A DNA stretch of 32,000 nucleotides from Xanthobacteraceae bacterium. GTDB lineage: Bacteria > Pseudomonadota > Alphaproteobacteria > Rhizobiales > Xanthobacteraceae. This document shows, piece after piece, positions 1 to 7,551 of this stretch; the first letter of the stretch is position 1; every line of letters begins with the position of its first letter. Location of the stretch: NCBI GenBank assembly GCA_019454205.1, contig CP075369.1:1747051-1779050 (forward strand). Reading direction: 5' to 3'. The notes under the pieces were generated by a model. It worked only from the letters and a program-made list of their open reading frames with translations, had not been told where the DNA came from and made no database searches. The position numbers and the translations under genes are program-made.

Positions 1-353
1 ACACAACCGAGGAATGCCCAGATCGAGCCTTCGGTCATGTAGACCACCCCGCCGCCGATGCCGAGCGCGCCAAGGATGATGCAGATATTGGCAAGGACAT
101 CCCATTCCTTGCCGCCATTGTGCAGGATGAGAAATCCGGCTGCGATAATGATTGCACCGAGAACGATGCCGGTCAGTGCGTTCGGCACCAGTGCAATGGC
201 GCCGGCCGCGACTGCGATCACGCCGAAGCCGATCAGGATATTGAAGGCGAGCGAACCCGTGGAGCGCACCGACAGGCGCCTGAACTTGTCATATTCGGCC
301 TGGTTGATTTCGCCGCTTTCGAGCAACTGGGCAAGGTCGAGTACGACTTTCAT
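1..353 (-). CDS. hypothetical multi-pass membrane protein, N-terminal part (CDS runs off the left edge)
   Basis: Hand translation from ATG at 353-351: MKVVLDLAQLLESGEINQAEYDKFRRLSVRSTGSLAFNILIGFGVIAVAAGAIALVPNALTGIVLGAIIIAAGFLIL... The frame is open to position 1. It has hydrophobic helices and GC-rich third codon positions. It is absent from the ORF track because there is no stop in the window. Confidence 0.55.
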   Translation of the reverse strand, partial: MKVVLDLAQLLESGEINQAEYDKFRRLSVRSTGSLAFNILIGFGVIAVAAGAIALVPNALTGIVLGAIIIAAGFLILHNGGKEWDVLANICIILGALGIGGGVVYMTEGSIWAFLGC

Positions 354-450
354 GGCAATCCCCCTTCAATATCCGGCGGGTTCATAGCATGGCGGCCGAT
401 GGCGCGGTATCGTCCCGCATCACATGTTCGTGCCGTCAGGAGAAAAGCGA

Positions 451-840
451 ATGAACCCCGAAGCCCCTGCTGTCGCCGGTCACCCGCGCATGATTCTGAT
501 GTGCGAAGGCTTCGCCCTGTTTGCATTCTGCATCTTCGCCTACTCGAAGCTCGGCTATTCGTGGTGGCTGTTCGGCGTGCTGATTTTCGCGCCGGATGTC
601 GGCATGATCGGCTATCTCCGCAACGCGAAGACCGGCGCGCAGCTCTACAACGCGTTTCACATTACGGCGGTGCCCATCGCCATCGGGGCATGGGGATATG
701 CGTGGGCGGAGCCGCTTGCCGTCGCAATCGCGCTGGTATGGGTCGCGCATATCGGCATGGACCGCATGCTCGGCTTCGGCCTCAAATACGAAACCGATTT
801 TGCCGACACGCATCTGGGGCGGATCGGGAAAGAAAGCTAG
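451..840 (+). CDS. DUF4260 family membrane protein
   Basis: ORF 424..840. The second ATG at 451 is preceded by AGGAGA 7 nt upstream. The sequence FAPDVGMIGYL...GAQLYNAFH...HIGMDRMLGFGLKY...THLG matches my recollection of the DUF4260 pattern. Confidence 0.7.
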   Translation: MNPEAPAVAGHPRMILMCEGFALFAFCIFAYSKLGYSWWLFGVLIFAPDVGMIGYLRNAKTGAQLYNAFHITAVPIAIGAWGYAWAEPLAVAIALVWVAHIGMDRMLGFGLKYETDFADTHLGRIGKES

Positions 841-867
841 CGAACGGCAGCCCGTTTTGAGAGGAAG

Positions 868-1623
868 TTACTTCCTCAACAGCGCCAGCATCGTCGCCGC
901 TGCCGTGAACTCCCGGTGACGCGCGGCAAGCCGCCGCTGCGCTTCCGCGTCCTCGCCCCACTGGCTGATGTTCCATTGTTCGTCCACGTGCGTAGCATTC
1001 CACGCTTCGTCCGCGCCAAGCGCGCCTTCTGCGAGTGCCAGCGCAATCAATGCCGAACCGGAAAGATTGGTCGCGCTTGCCGCCGCCGCGAGACCGAACG
1101 GTCGCGACAACGTCTCCGCAATTCTTCGCACGCCACCGAGCGCCTGCTCGCTCTGCTTCGCGTGCACGATACCGGCAGCAAGCACCAAACGCGCACCGAA
1201 CGCCTGCTCCGCCCATCCAACGATGCGGTCCCATTGCTCCGCCTGCGCCGCGACCAGGCCTTCGGGTTCCTCCGCGCGGTAAAAAACCAGGTCGGTCCCG
1301 GCATATTGCACGATCTCGTCGATGACCGGCTGCGGCGCGAGGGCAATCGCGTCGATTGCGAGATTGGCGAGCCGCGTCAGCGGCAGTTTGACCGGATCGA
1401 CCACATCCTCGATGGCAGCCCACTCCGCCGCGACCGCATCCGCGAGTTTCCTGTTCGGCAGCAACAGGGATTTTTTCGCAGGCGTTTTCGCCGGCCGCCC
1501 GTCCAACAGAATTGCGAAACCACCCGGCGCTTCGCCGGCAGCCGCTTCCTTATAGAAGCGCTTCGGTAACTGCGCGCGCATTGCAGCCTGCGCACGGCGC
1601 ATCGGATTTTCTTCTTCGCTCAT
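868..1623 (-). CDS. ATP12 family chaperone (F1-ATPase assembly factor 2 homolog)
   Basis: C-terminal 251 aa of ORF 868..1917, starting MSEEENPMRRAQAAMRAQLPKRFYKEA...ILLDGRPAKTPAKK.L.LP...LA.AVAAEW, which is typical of alphaproteobacterial ATP12. The ATG at 1623-1621 overlaps the upstream stop (ATGA). Confidence 0.8.
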   Translation of the reverse strand: MSEEENPMRRAQAAMRAQLPKRFYKEAAAGEAPGGFAILLDGRPAKTPAKKSLLLPNRKLADAVAAEWAAIEDVVDPVKLPLTRLANLAIDAIALAPQPVIDEIVQYAGTDLVFYRAEEPEGLVAAQAEQWDRIVGWAEQAFGARLVLAAGIVHAKQSEQALGGVRRIAETLSRPFGLAAAASATNLSGSALIALALAEGALGADEAWNATHVDEQWNISQWGEDAEAQRRLAARHREFTAAATMLALLRK

Positions 1624-2666
1624 TCTTCCGGCGCTTCCACGATGGGATCGTAGGCCTTCGCGTCGAACGAGAGCAGGTTCCACGTCTGCTGCATGTGCGG
1701 CGGCAACGGCGCGGACACGTCGATCATGCCCTCGCCCTTCGGATGCGGAATAACGAGACGGCGCGCAAGCAGGTGCAGCCGGTTCTGCATGCCGCCCGGC
1801 AATTCCCAGTTCTCGATATCGAAATATTTCGGGTCGCCGACGATGGGATGACGGATATGCGCGGTATGCGCGCGAAGCTGGTGCGTGCGTCCGGTGACGG
1901 GCTTCAGCGAAATCCACGACACCTTCTGCGCCGCCTGCTCGATCACCGCGTAATACGTGACGGCGTGGCTGGCTTCGTCCTCGCCGTGTTTTGCAACGCG
2001 CATGAGTTCGCCGCCCTCGCCCGCGCCTTTCGCCAGATAGGTCGAGATGCGTCCCTGCCGCGGCTTTGGCACGCCGGCAACCAGCGCCCAGTAAATCTTC
2101 CGCGCGGAGCGCGAGCGGAATGTTTTTGCCAAGGTCGCGGCGGCGATCCGCGTTTTCGCAATCAGCAGAATGCCTGCCGTGTCCTTGTCGATACGATGCA
2201 CCAGCCGCGGCTTCTGTCCGTCGCGGCCGCGCAACGCTTCCAGCATGCCGTCGATGTGGCGCGTGGTGCCGGAGCCGCCCTGCACCGCAAGACCGAACGG
2301 CTTGTTTAGCACCATCACTTCGCGATCTTCGTAGAGCGTGATGGACTTAATGAACGCTGCATCGGCCTTCGCGTCGCCCATTTTCGAGGGCGCTTTCGTG
2401 GGGGACTTCGCGTGAGCATCATCTGCACCGCTCTCGCCGCCCTCCTGCTTTCCATTCTTTTCCTTCGAGAGCGGCGGCACGCGCACCGCCATGCCCGGCT
2501 CAAGGCGCGTGCTGGTTTTCGCGCGCGCGCCGTCCACGCGCACTTGTCCGGTGCGGAGCAGTTTCTGCAAATGACCGAACGAAAGATCGGGGAAGTTCGC
2601 CTTGAACCAACGGTCCAGGCGCATCCCGTCTTCGCCGTCTTTTACCTTGCGTGTCTGAACCGGCAT
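1620..2666 (-). CDS. rluC: RluA-family 23S rRNA pseudouridine synthase with N-terminal S4 domain (RluC-type)
   Basis: ORF 1620..2738 trimmed to MPVQTRKVKDGEDGMRLDRWF... (ATG 2666-2664). It has an S4-like N-terminus, the catalytic HRIDKDTAGILLIAKT motif and GRTHQLRAH. The symbol is a family-level guess only. Confidence 0.85.
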   Translation of the reverse strand: MPVQTRKVKDGEDGMRLDRWFKANFPDLSFGHLQKLLRTGQVRVDGARAKTSTRLEPGMAVRVPPLSKEKNGKQEGGESGADDAHAKSPTKAPSKMGDAKADAAFIKSITLYEDREVMVLNKPFGLAVQGGSGTTRHIDGMLEALRGRDGQKPRLVHRIDKDTAGILLIAKTRIAAATLAKTFRSRSARKIYWALVAGVPKPRQGRISTYLAKGAGEGGELMRVAKHGEDEASHAVTYYAVIEQAAQKVSWISLKPVTGRTHQLRAHTAHIRHPIVGDPKYFDIENWELPGGMQNRLHLLARRLVIPHPKGEGMIDVSAPLPPHMQQTWNLLSFDAKAYDPIVEAPEE

Positions 2667-2670
2667 CGCG

Positions 2671-3054
2671 TTACGCCACGCTACGCACGAGCCACATAGC
2701 AGCGAACATCGCCGCGATGGAAAGCACGACCGATGCAATCACATAAACCGCGCCAAGAAATACCTCGCCGCGCTCGAACAGCAGTGCGAAGTCGAGCGAG
2801 AACGCCGAGAAGGTCGTAAACCCGCCGAGAATTCCGGTGACGAGAAAAAGACGCAGCGATTGCGTCGTCGCGCCGTCGCCGCGGAATGCAAACCAAGCGG
2901 CCAATGCGCCGATCAGGAACGAGCCGACGATGTTCACCGTGAACGTGCCCCACGGGAACGAGGTGCCGAACCACTGCGCCGACGCGACGTTCACGCCGTG
3001 ACGTAGCCCGGAGCCGATGCCGCCGCCGAGAATGACAAGAAAGAGCGCATACAT
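2671..3054 (-). CDS. crcB: fluoride ion channel CrcB/FluC
   Basis: 127 aa with four hydrophobic helices. GGGIGSGLR, TFTVNIVGSFLIG and GILGGFTTFSAFS are hallmarks of CrcB. Confidence 0.9.
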   Translation of the reverse strand: MYALFLVILGGGIGSGLRHGVNVASAQWFGTSFPWGTFTVNIVGSFLIGALAAWFAFRGDGATTQSLRLFLVTGILGGFTTFSAFSLDFALLFERGEVFLGAVYVIASVVLSIAAMFAAMWLVRSVA

Positions 3055-3085
3055 GCGGCTGTTCCAGCGAGGAATGGAGAAGCCC

Positions 3086-3111
3086 GGAACCTAGTCCGCC
3101 CTTGCAGCGTT
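3086..3111 (+). promoter_or_regulatory. EcfG-type (general stress response ECF sigma) promoter motif GGAAC-N17-CGTT
   Basis: GGAAC at 3086-3090, a 17-nt spacer, then CGTT at 3108-3111. This lies 39 nt upstream of the ATG at 3151, with a GGAGGA Shine-Dalgarno in between. The -10 lies inside the perfect inverted repeat CAGCGTT-AGC-AACGCTG (3105-3121). Confidence 0.55.
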
Positions 3112-3150
3112 AGCAACGCTGAACCCCACCCTACGAGCGGAGGACGAGCC

Positions 3151-3516
3151 ATGCGGCGGCGATTTGCATTTCTTCTGGCGATCTCTGCCGGGTTCGCCGC
3201 CTCGGCGATGGCACAGCAGACTACCCCCGTTACGCCGCCCACGGCCCCGGCCGAAAACAAGCCCATGATTCGCGCGGAGCAGCAGGACCGGATTCGCGAA
3301 CTGGTCCGCAACGCCAAGGTGGATCATGCGGCCAAGGTTCGCTTCGATCTTCGGCTCGGCGCGGAGGTCCCGCGCAACCTGCATTTCTATCCACTGCCGA
3401 AGGAAGTGGCCGAGGCGGTCCCCGAATTCAGCAACTACTTCTATGTGGTAGCGGAGGAGAAAATCGTGGTGATCGATCCGTTAAAGTATCGCATCGTCGC
3501 CATAATTCCGGCCTGA
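3151..3516 (+). CDS. DUF1236 domain secreted protein
   Basis: Signal peptide MRRRFAFLLAISAGFAASAMA|QQ. The C-terminal pattern VPRNLHFYPLPKEV...P.FSNYFYVVAEEKIVVIDPLKYRIVAII fits the DUF1236 family common in Rhizobiales-type genomes. Confidence 0.75.
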   Translation: MRRRFAFLLAISAGFAASAMAQQTTPVTPPTAPAENKPMIRAEQQDRIRELVRNAKVDHAAKVRFDLRLGAEVPRNLHFYPLPKEVAEAVPEFSNYFYVVAEEKIVVIDPLKYRIVAIIPA

Positions 3517-3534
3517 CGAAAAACGCCGCAATCC

Positions 3535-3559
3535 GGAACCACTCTTTAACAACGTCGTT
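3535..3559 (+). promoter_or_regulatory. EcfG-type promoter motif GGAAC-N16-CGTT
   Basis: GGAAC at 3535-3539, a 16-nt spacer, then CGTT at 3556-3559. This lies 35 nt upstream of the ATG at 3595. An AGGAA Shine-Dalgarno-like sequence sits about 5 nt before that ATG. Confidence 0.55.
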
Positions 3560-3594
3560 CTATGAGGTGGACGCCTCAGGCGGCAGGAACTCTC

Positions 3595-3837
3595 ATGCGG
3601 CTTACCTTGCTCACTTTCACCGTGCTTGCCGTCTTCACCTTCGGCATGGGCGCCTCTATGGCGCAGCAGCCGAAGCAGATGGACCCCGGCACCATCAAGG
3701 TGAATCCGCCGCAGCAGCCGGTTTCGCCCCCGGTGCAGACGCAGCCCGCACCGATTCCGCAAACCAACACTTCCCAGAATCCGTACCGCAATAATCGCGG
3801 CTTCATGGAAACCCCGTTACCGCCGCAGAAGCGCTAG
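3595..3837 (+). CDS. small secreted Pro/Gln-rich protein, function unknown
   Basis: ORF 3562..3837. I prefer the ATG at 3595 because the ATG at 3562 lies only 3 nt after the putative -10. Signal peptide MRLTLLTFTVLAVFTFGMGASMA|QQ, then low-complexity PPQQPVSPPVQTQPAPIPQT. Confidence 0.5.
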   Translation: MRLTLLTFTVLAVFTFGMGASMAQQPKQMDPGTIKVNPPQQPVSPPVQTQPAPIPQTNTSQNPYRNNRGFMETPLPPQKR

Positions 3838-5163
3838 CTACTTCTTCTCCGCGCGCAGCTTCGCCCAGTAGTCGAGCCGCTTTTTTACTTCGCGCTCGAA
3901 CCCGCGCTCGACCGGCTGATAAAACTCCTGCCGTCCGAGTTTCTCCGGGAAATAGTCCTGCCCGGAGAAAGCGCCCTCCGCGTCGTGGTCGTATTCGTAA
4001 CCGGACGAATAGCCCTCTTCTTCCATCAGCTTCGTCGGCGCATTCAGGATGTGCTTGGGTGGCATCAGCGACCCCGCCTCTTTCGCGACTTTCACCGCGC
4101 GCTTGTAGGCGACATAGGCGGCGTTCGATTTAGGCGCGGTCGCGACATAGATCACGGCCTGCGCCAGCGCGAGTTCGCCTTCCGGCGTGCCGAGGAAGTC
4201 GTAGGCATCTTTCGCCGCATTGGTGATGACCAGCGCATTCGGATCGGCCATGCCGATATCTTCCACCGCCATGCGCACCACGCGCCGCGCGATATAGAGC
4301 GGATTCTCGCCCGCATCCAGCATCCGCGCGAGATAATAGAGCGCGGCGTCGGCGTCGGAGCCGCGCACGCTCTTATGCAACGCGGAGATCAGGTTGTAGT
4401 GGCCGTCCTGCGACTTGTCGTAGATCGGCGCGCGGCGCTGCACGATCTCCTGCAACTGCGCGGAATTGAACACTTCGCCTTTGCGCGCGGCGCGCCATAC
4501 TTCCTCGCTCAGCGTCAGCACGGCGCGGCCATCGCCATCGGCCATGCGCGCGAGCGTAAGGCGCGCTTCCTCGTCCAACGGGAGTTTTTTCCCTTCCGCC
4601 TCCTCAGCGCGTGAAAGCAGGCGCAACAACGCTTCTTCGTCCAGCGACTTGAATACCAGTACCCGTGCGCGGGAAAGCAGCGCGGCGTTCAGTTCGAAAG
4701 AAGGATTTTCCGTTGTCGCCCCGACCAGCGTGACGGTGCCGTCTTCCATGACAGGCAGAAACGAATCCTGTTGCGCGCGGTTGAAGCGATGGATTTCGTC
4801 GACGAACAACAACGTGCCCGTGCCGGTTTCGCGCCGCGCACGCGCCGCGTCGAACACTTTCTTCAGGTCCGCGACGCCGGAGAACACCGCCGACACCTGT
4901 TCGAAATGCAAATCAGTTTCGTTGGCGAGCAGCCGCGCGACTGTGGTCTTGCCGGTCCCCGGCGGTCCCCAGAAGATCAATGAGCCGAGCGAGCGCGCTT
5001 CCAGCATCCGCGTCAGTGCACCGTCCGCGCCGGTTAGCTGTTCCTGCCCCACCACTTCGGAGAGCTTTGCCGGACGCAACTTGTCGGCCAGCGGACGCGG
5101 TGCATCGTCCGCGAAGCCGGCGGCTGCGAACAGGTTGTCTGCGGTTTGCGGGCGCTTCGCCAT
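3838..5163 (-). CDS. rarA: replication-associated recombination protein A (AAA+ ATPase RarA/MgsA)
   Basis: Walker A FWGPPGTGKTT, Walker B LLFVDEIHRF and the MgsA C-terminal domain (HYNLISALHKSVRGSDADAALYY). I prefer the ATG at 5163 (MAKRPQTADNLF) over the track's TTG at 5199. Confidence 0.9.
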   Translation of the reverse strand: MAKRPQTADNLFAAAGFADDAPRPLADKLRPAKLSEVVGQEQLTGADGALTRMLEARSLGSLIFWGPPGTGKTTVARLLANETDLHFEQVSAVFSGVADLKKVFDAARARRETGTGTLLFVDEIHRFNRAQQDSFLPVMEDGTVTLVGATTENPSFELNAALLSRARVLVFKSLDEEALLRLLSRAEEAEGKKLPLDEEARLTLARMADGDGRAVLTLSEEVWRAARKGEVFNSAQLQEIVQRRAPIYDKSQDGHYNLISALHKSVRGSDADAALYYLARMLDAGENPLYIARRVVRMAVEDIGMADPNALVITNAAKDAYDFLGTPEGELALAQAVIYVATAPKSNAAYVAYKRAVKVAKEAGSLMPPKHILNAPTKLMEEEGYSSGYEYDHDAEGAFSGQDYFPEKLGRQEFYQPVERGFEREVKKRLDYWAKLRAEKK

Positions 5164-5205
5164 GTCACCGAAAATGGGCTTTGGCGCGCGCCCGCGCAAC
5201 CCCGC

Positions 5206-6597
5206 CTAGTTGCGGAGCATGATCTGCCGCTGCTGGCCGTTCCGCGACAACGTCACGCGCCATTCACGGGTATTCTGCCGCGACGCGCGGTCTAGGTCGC
5301 GCGTGGTCTCGATTCTCGCGCCGTTGACATTGATGATGATGTCGCCGGAACGGAAGCCAAGCCGTTGCGCGGTCGAGTTGTTCAGCACCTCGATCACCAC
5401 GACGCCTTGTGCGTCCGCATCGGTACGAAGCTGCATCGCGAGTTCGGGCGTGAAGTTGGAAATGCGCACGCCTTCAAATGGCGACGGCACCTGGATCTCG
5501 ACCTCGTCTGCCATCTTTTCCGGCGCCGCTTCGAGATTGAGCGTGACGTTGATGGCCCGTCCGCCGCGTTCCACGCTGAGCTGCGCGGTCTGCCCGATCG
5601 GGCGGAGCGCGAGGCGGTAGTTCACCGCATTCGGATCGTCCACGTTCTGCCCGTCGACCGCGACGATCACATCGCCCGCGCGCAGACCTGCGCGCGCTGC
5701 CGGGCTTTCCGGCACCACGCTCGCGACCAGCGCGCCCGCAGGCCGCTTGAGACGCATTGCCTGCGCGATCTCGGCGGTGACCTGCTGCAATTGCGCGCCG
5801 AAGAACGGACGCCGCACCGTCATGTTGCCGGCCTGCGCGGAAGCGAGCACCACACGCACCATGTTCGACGGGATGGCGAAGCCGATGCCGTGCGAACCGC
5901 CGGAGCGCGAGAAGATCGCGGTATTGATACCAACCAGCCTGCCCTGAATGTCGACGAGCGCGCCGCCGGAATTGCCGGGATTGATAGCGGCGTCGGTCTG
6001 GATGAAGAACTGATAATCGGCGACGCCGACGCGGGTGCGCGAAGTGGCGGAGATGATGCCCTGCGTCACCGTTTGGCCGACGCCGAACGGATCGCCGATT
6101 GCCAGCACCAGATCGCCGACTTCGATGTCGTCGGAATTGACGAACTCGATCGGAACAAACTTTTCTTTCGCATCGCGGATACGCAGCACGGCGAGATCGG
6201 TGCGCGGATCGCGCAGCACGACATCGGCCTCGAATTCGCGCCGGTCGGAAAGCGCGAGCCTCACGTCGTCCGCGCCGTCGATGACATGGAAGTTGGTGAT
6301 CACCAGCCCGTCTTCGGAAATGATGACGCCGGAGCCGAGCGAACGCTGCACCCGCTCCTGCGGCATGCCCCGCGGCATGCCCTCGAAGAAGCGGCGGAAG
6401 AATTCGTCGTTCATGAGCGGGTTGTTCACCCGCGTGCGCTTCAGCGCATAAACGTTCACGACCGAGGGCTTCGCCTTTTTCACCGTGCCGGAAAAGCTGA
6501 ACGCCAATTCCTGGCGGCTTTTCGGTGCGGGCTGGGCGTTTGCGCCGGACAGCGAGAGAGAGACGGCGAGCGCAGCGAACGCAAACAGTCGAAACAT
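5206..6597 (-). CDS. degP: periplasmic serine endoprotease, DegP/HtrA (Do) family, two PDZ domains
   Basis: Signal peptide MFRLFAFAALAVSLSLSGANA. The trypsin-like triad context is NFHV, DLAVL and GNSGGALV. Two PDZ-like segments follow (GALVASVVPESPAARAGLRAGDVI and GVVVIEVLNNSTAQRLGFRSGDII). Confidence 0.9.
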   Translation of the reverse strand: MFRLFAFAALAVSLSLSGANAQPAPKSRQELAFSFSGTVKKAKPSVVNVYALKRTRVNNPLMNDEFFRRFFEGMPRGMPQERVQRSLGSGVIISEDGLVITNFHVIDGADDVRLALSDRREFEADVVLRDPRTDLAVLRIRDAKEKFVPIEFVNSDDIEVGDLVLAIGDPFGVGQTVTQGIISATSRTRVGVADYQFFIQTDAAINPGNSGGALVDIQGRLVGINTAIFSRSGGSHGIGFAIPSNMVRVVLASAQAGNMTVRRPFFGAQLQQVTAEIAQAMRLKRPAGALVASVVPESPAARAGLRAGDVIVAVDGQNVDDPNAVNYRLALRPIGQTAQLSVERGGRAINVTLNLEAAPEKMADEVEIQVPSPFEGVRISNFTPELAMQLRTDADAQGVVVIEVLNNSTAQRLGFRSGDIIINVNGARIETTRDLDRASRQNTREWRVTLSRNGQQRQIMLRN

Positions 6598-6708
6598 TGG
6601 AGACCCCGATACGAAAAACCGCCCGGCGGCGGCAGAGGGTCAGGTTATATCACGCCGCTTTTCGCGCACCATCGCCCGCACCCCCGCCTCTCGCGAGCGT
6701 GATGGGCG

Positions 6709-7155
6709 TTACATCCGCGCCTGCCAGCCGTCCGGGACCGTTACGGTGCGCTGCGCAAGATCGATGATGATACGCGGCGGATAGCCGGTGCGCGGCGCGC
6801 CCGTGATCGGCTCCACCACGCGGGCGCCGAGGGCGCGTGGTGTCGGCACGTTCACGCCGAGAACGCCTACCGTCTGGTCTCGGGTGCGGACGGTGGTGAC
6901 CTCTGCCGAAACCGGGGCGAAGGCATTTGCGACGCAGGCCAGCCGCAGCGGCTCGTCCCCCTTGGGAACGCCGAGCGCCGCATTCGCGACCGAGACGCGG
7001 CCGACATGGGTATTTCCGAGATAGATGTCGCACTCGGTCGTGGGCTGGGCGAAAACGAAGGTAACGAGGTCGTCGCGCTCGATGTTGAACGTCGTGCAGC
7101 CCGCGCAAGTCAGCGCGAAGGCAAAAACCGCAGACCTAACCCAACGCTGAAACAC
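6709..7155 (-). CDS. hypothetical exported protein, probable lipoprotein
   Basis: GTG start with GGGGGA 5 nt upstream. The N-terminus MFQRWVRSAVFAFALTCAGC has an imperfect lipobox. GC-rich third codon positions. I recognise no family. Confidence 0.5.
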   Translation of the reverse strand: MFQRWVRSAVFAFALTCAGCTTFNIERDDLVTFVFAQPTTECDIYLGNTHVGRVSVANAALGVPKGDEPLRLACVANAFAPVSAEVTTVRTRDQTVGVLGVNVPTPRALGARVVEPITGAPRTGYPPRIIIDLAQRTVTVPDGWQARM

Positions 7156-7239
7156 ACAGTCCCCCGGCCGGCATCGCTCCCCGCGGCCATACTATGGGCA
7201 ATCGGGGCGAAAACGGGGAACGGCTACGCCTAAAAGGTT

Positions 7240-7268
7240 AAGACCCCGGCCGTTGAAGCCGGGGTCTT
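7240..7268 (-). terminator. GC-rich hairpin downstream of the GlsB-family gene (terminator-like on both strands)
   Basis: AAGACCCCGGC-cgttgaa-GCCGGGGTCTT, an 11-bp stem. T-run on the plus side. On the minus side it is followed by AACCUUUUA. It lies 26 nt past the stop at 7294. Confidence 0.6.
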
Positions 7269-7293
7269 TTCCGTTACGGCAGCGTATCCGCGC

Positions 7294-7551
7294 TTACGCG
7301 CTGCGCTGCTTCGAGACCACGCCCCAGAGGGCCAGCAGGATGACGGCACCGACGGTTGCGCCGATGAAGCCTGCACCCTGCCCTGCGCTGTACCAGCCGA
7401 GAGCCTGTCCAAGCCAGGTCGCGACGAATGCGCCGACAATGCCGAGGATCGTGGTCAGCACGAAGCCCTTCGGCTCGTTATCGCCCGGCATGATGAACTT
7501 CGCGAGGATGCCCGCGACGAAGCCGATGACGATGGTCCAGAGGATTCCCAT
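7294..7551 (-). CDS. GlsB/YeaQ/YmgE family stress-response membrane protein (transglycosylase-associated)
   Basis: 85 aa, MGILWTIVIGFVAGILAKFIMPG.....GFVLTTILGIVGAFVATWLG, a textbook pattern for this family. Its ATG overlaps the upstream stop by 1 nt (UAAUG). Confidence 0.85.
   Translation of the reverse strand: MGILWTIVIGFVAGILAKFIMPGDNEPKGFVLTTILGIVGAFVATWLGQALGWYSAGQGAGFIGATVGAVILLALWGVVSKQRSA

Noticed and set aside
868-1917. N-terminal extensions of track ORFs: 868..1917, 7551..8210, 10729..11751, 16272..16901, 17270..18136, 26119..26580, 15722..16327, 17029..17313 and 27980..28744.
   Set aside because: The extended parts overlap the upstream gene in another frame or cross terminators. 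The conserved protein begins at an internal ATG that has a Shine-Dalgarno or a stop-start overlap. I trimmed these to the internal starts.
3055-3150. Searched the crcB upstream region for a fluoride riboswitch (crcB RNA motif).
   Set aside because: The minus-strand leader lacks the conserved elements I remember, namely GGxGAUGG...AACCGCC...CUGAUGAU.CCUAC. The GGAAC at 3065-3061 on the minus strand is only 7 nt from the crcB ATG and has no CGTT at the right distance. crcB appears to be expressed without a riboswitch, though a proper cmsearch with the Rfam model would be decisive.
6614-6632. A small hairpin CCGCC-gccg-GGCGG followed by U5 on the minus strand, about 16 nt upstream of the degP ATG. 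It could be a terminator for the lipoprotein gene or a leader element.
   Set aside because: The stem is only 5 bp, which is too weak to call. I also found no sigma-E-type (GGAACTT...TCAAA) motif upstream of degP.
7217-7240. GGAAC on the plus strand at 7217-7221, and other GGAAC occurrences at 3586-3590, 26681-26685 and in 8169-8175.
   Set aside because: None has CGTT at a 16-17 nt spacing, and none has a downstream gene on that strand or at an appropriate distance.
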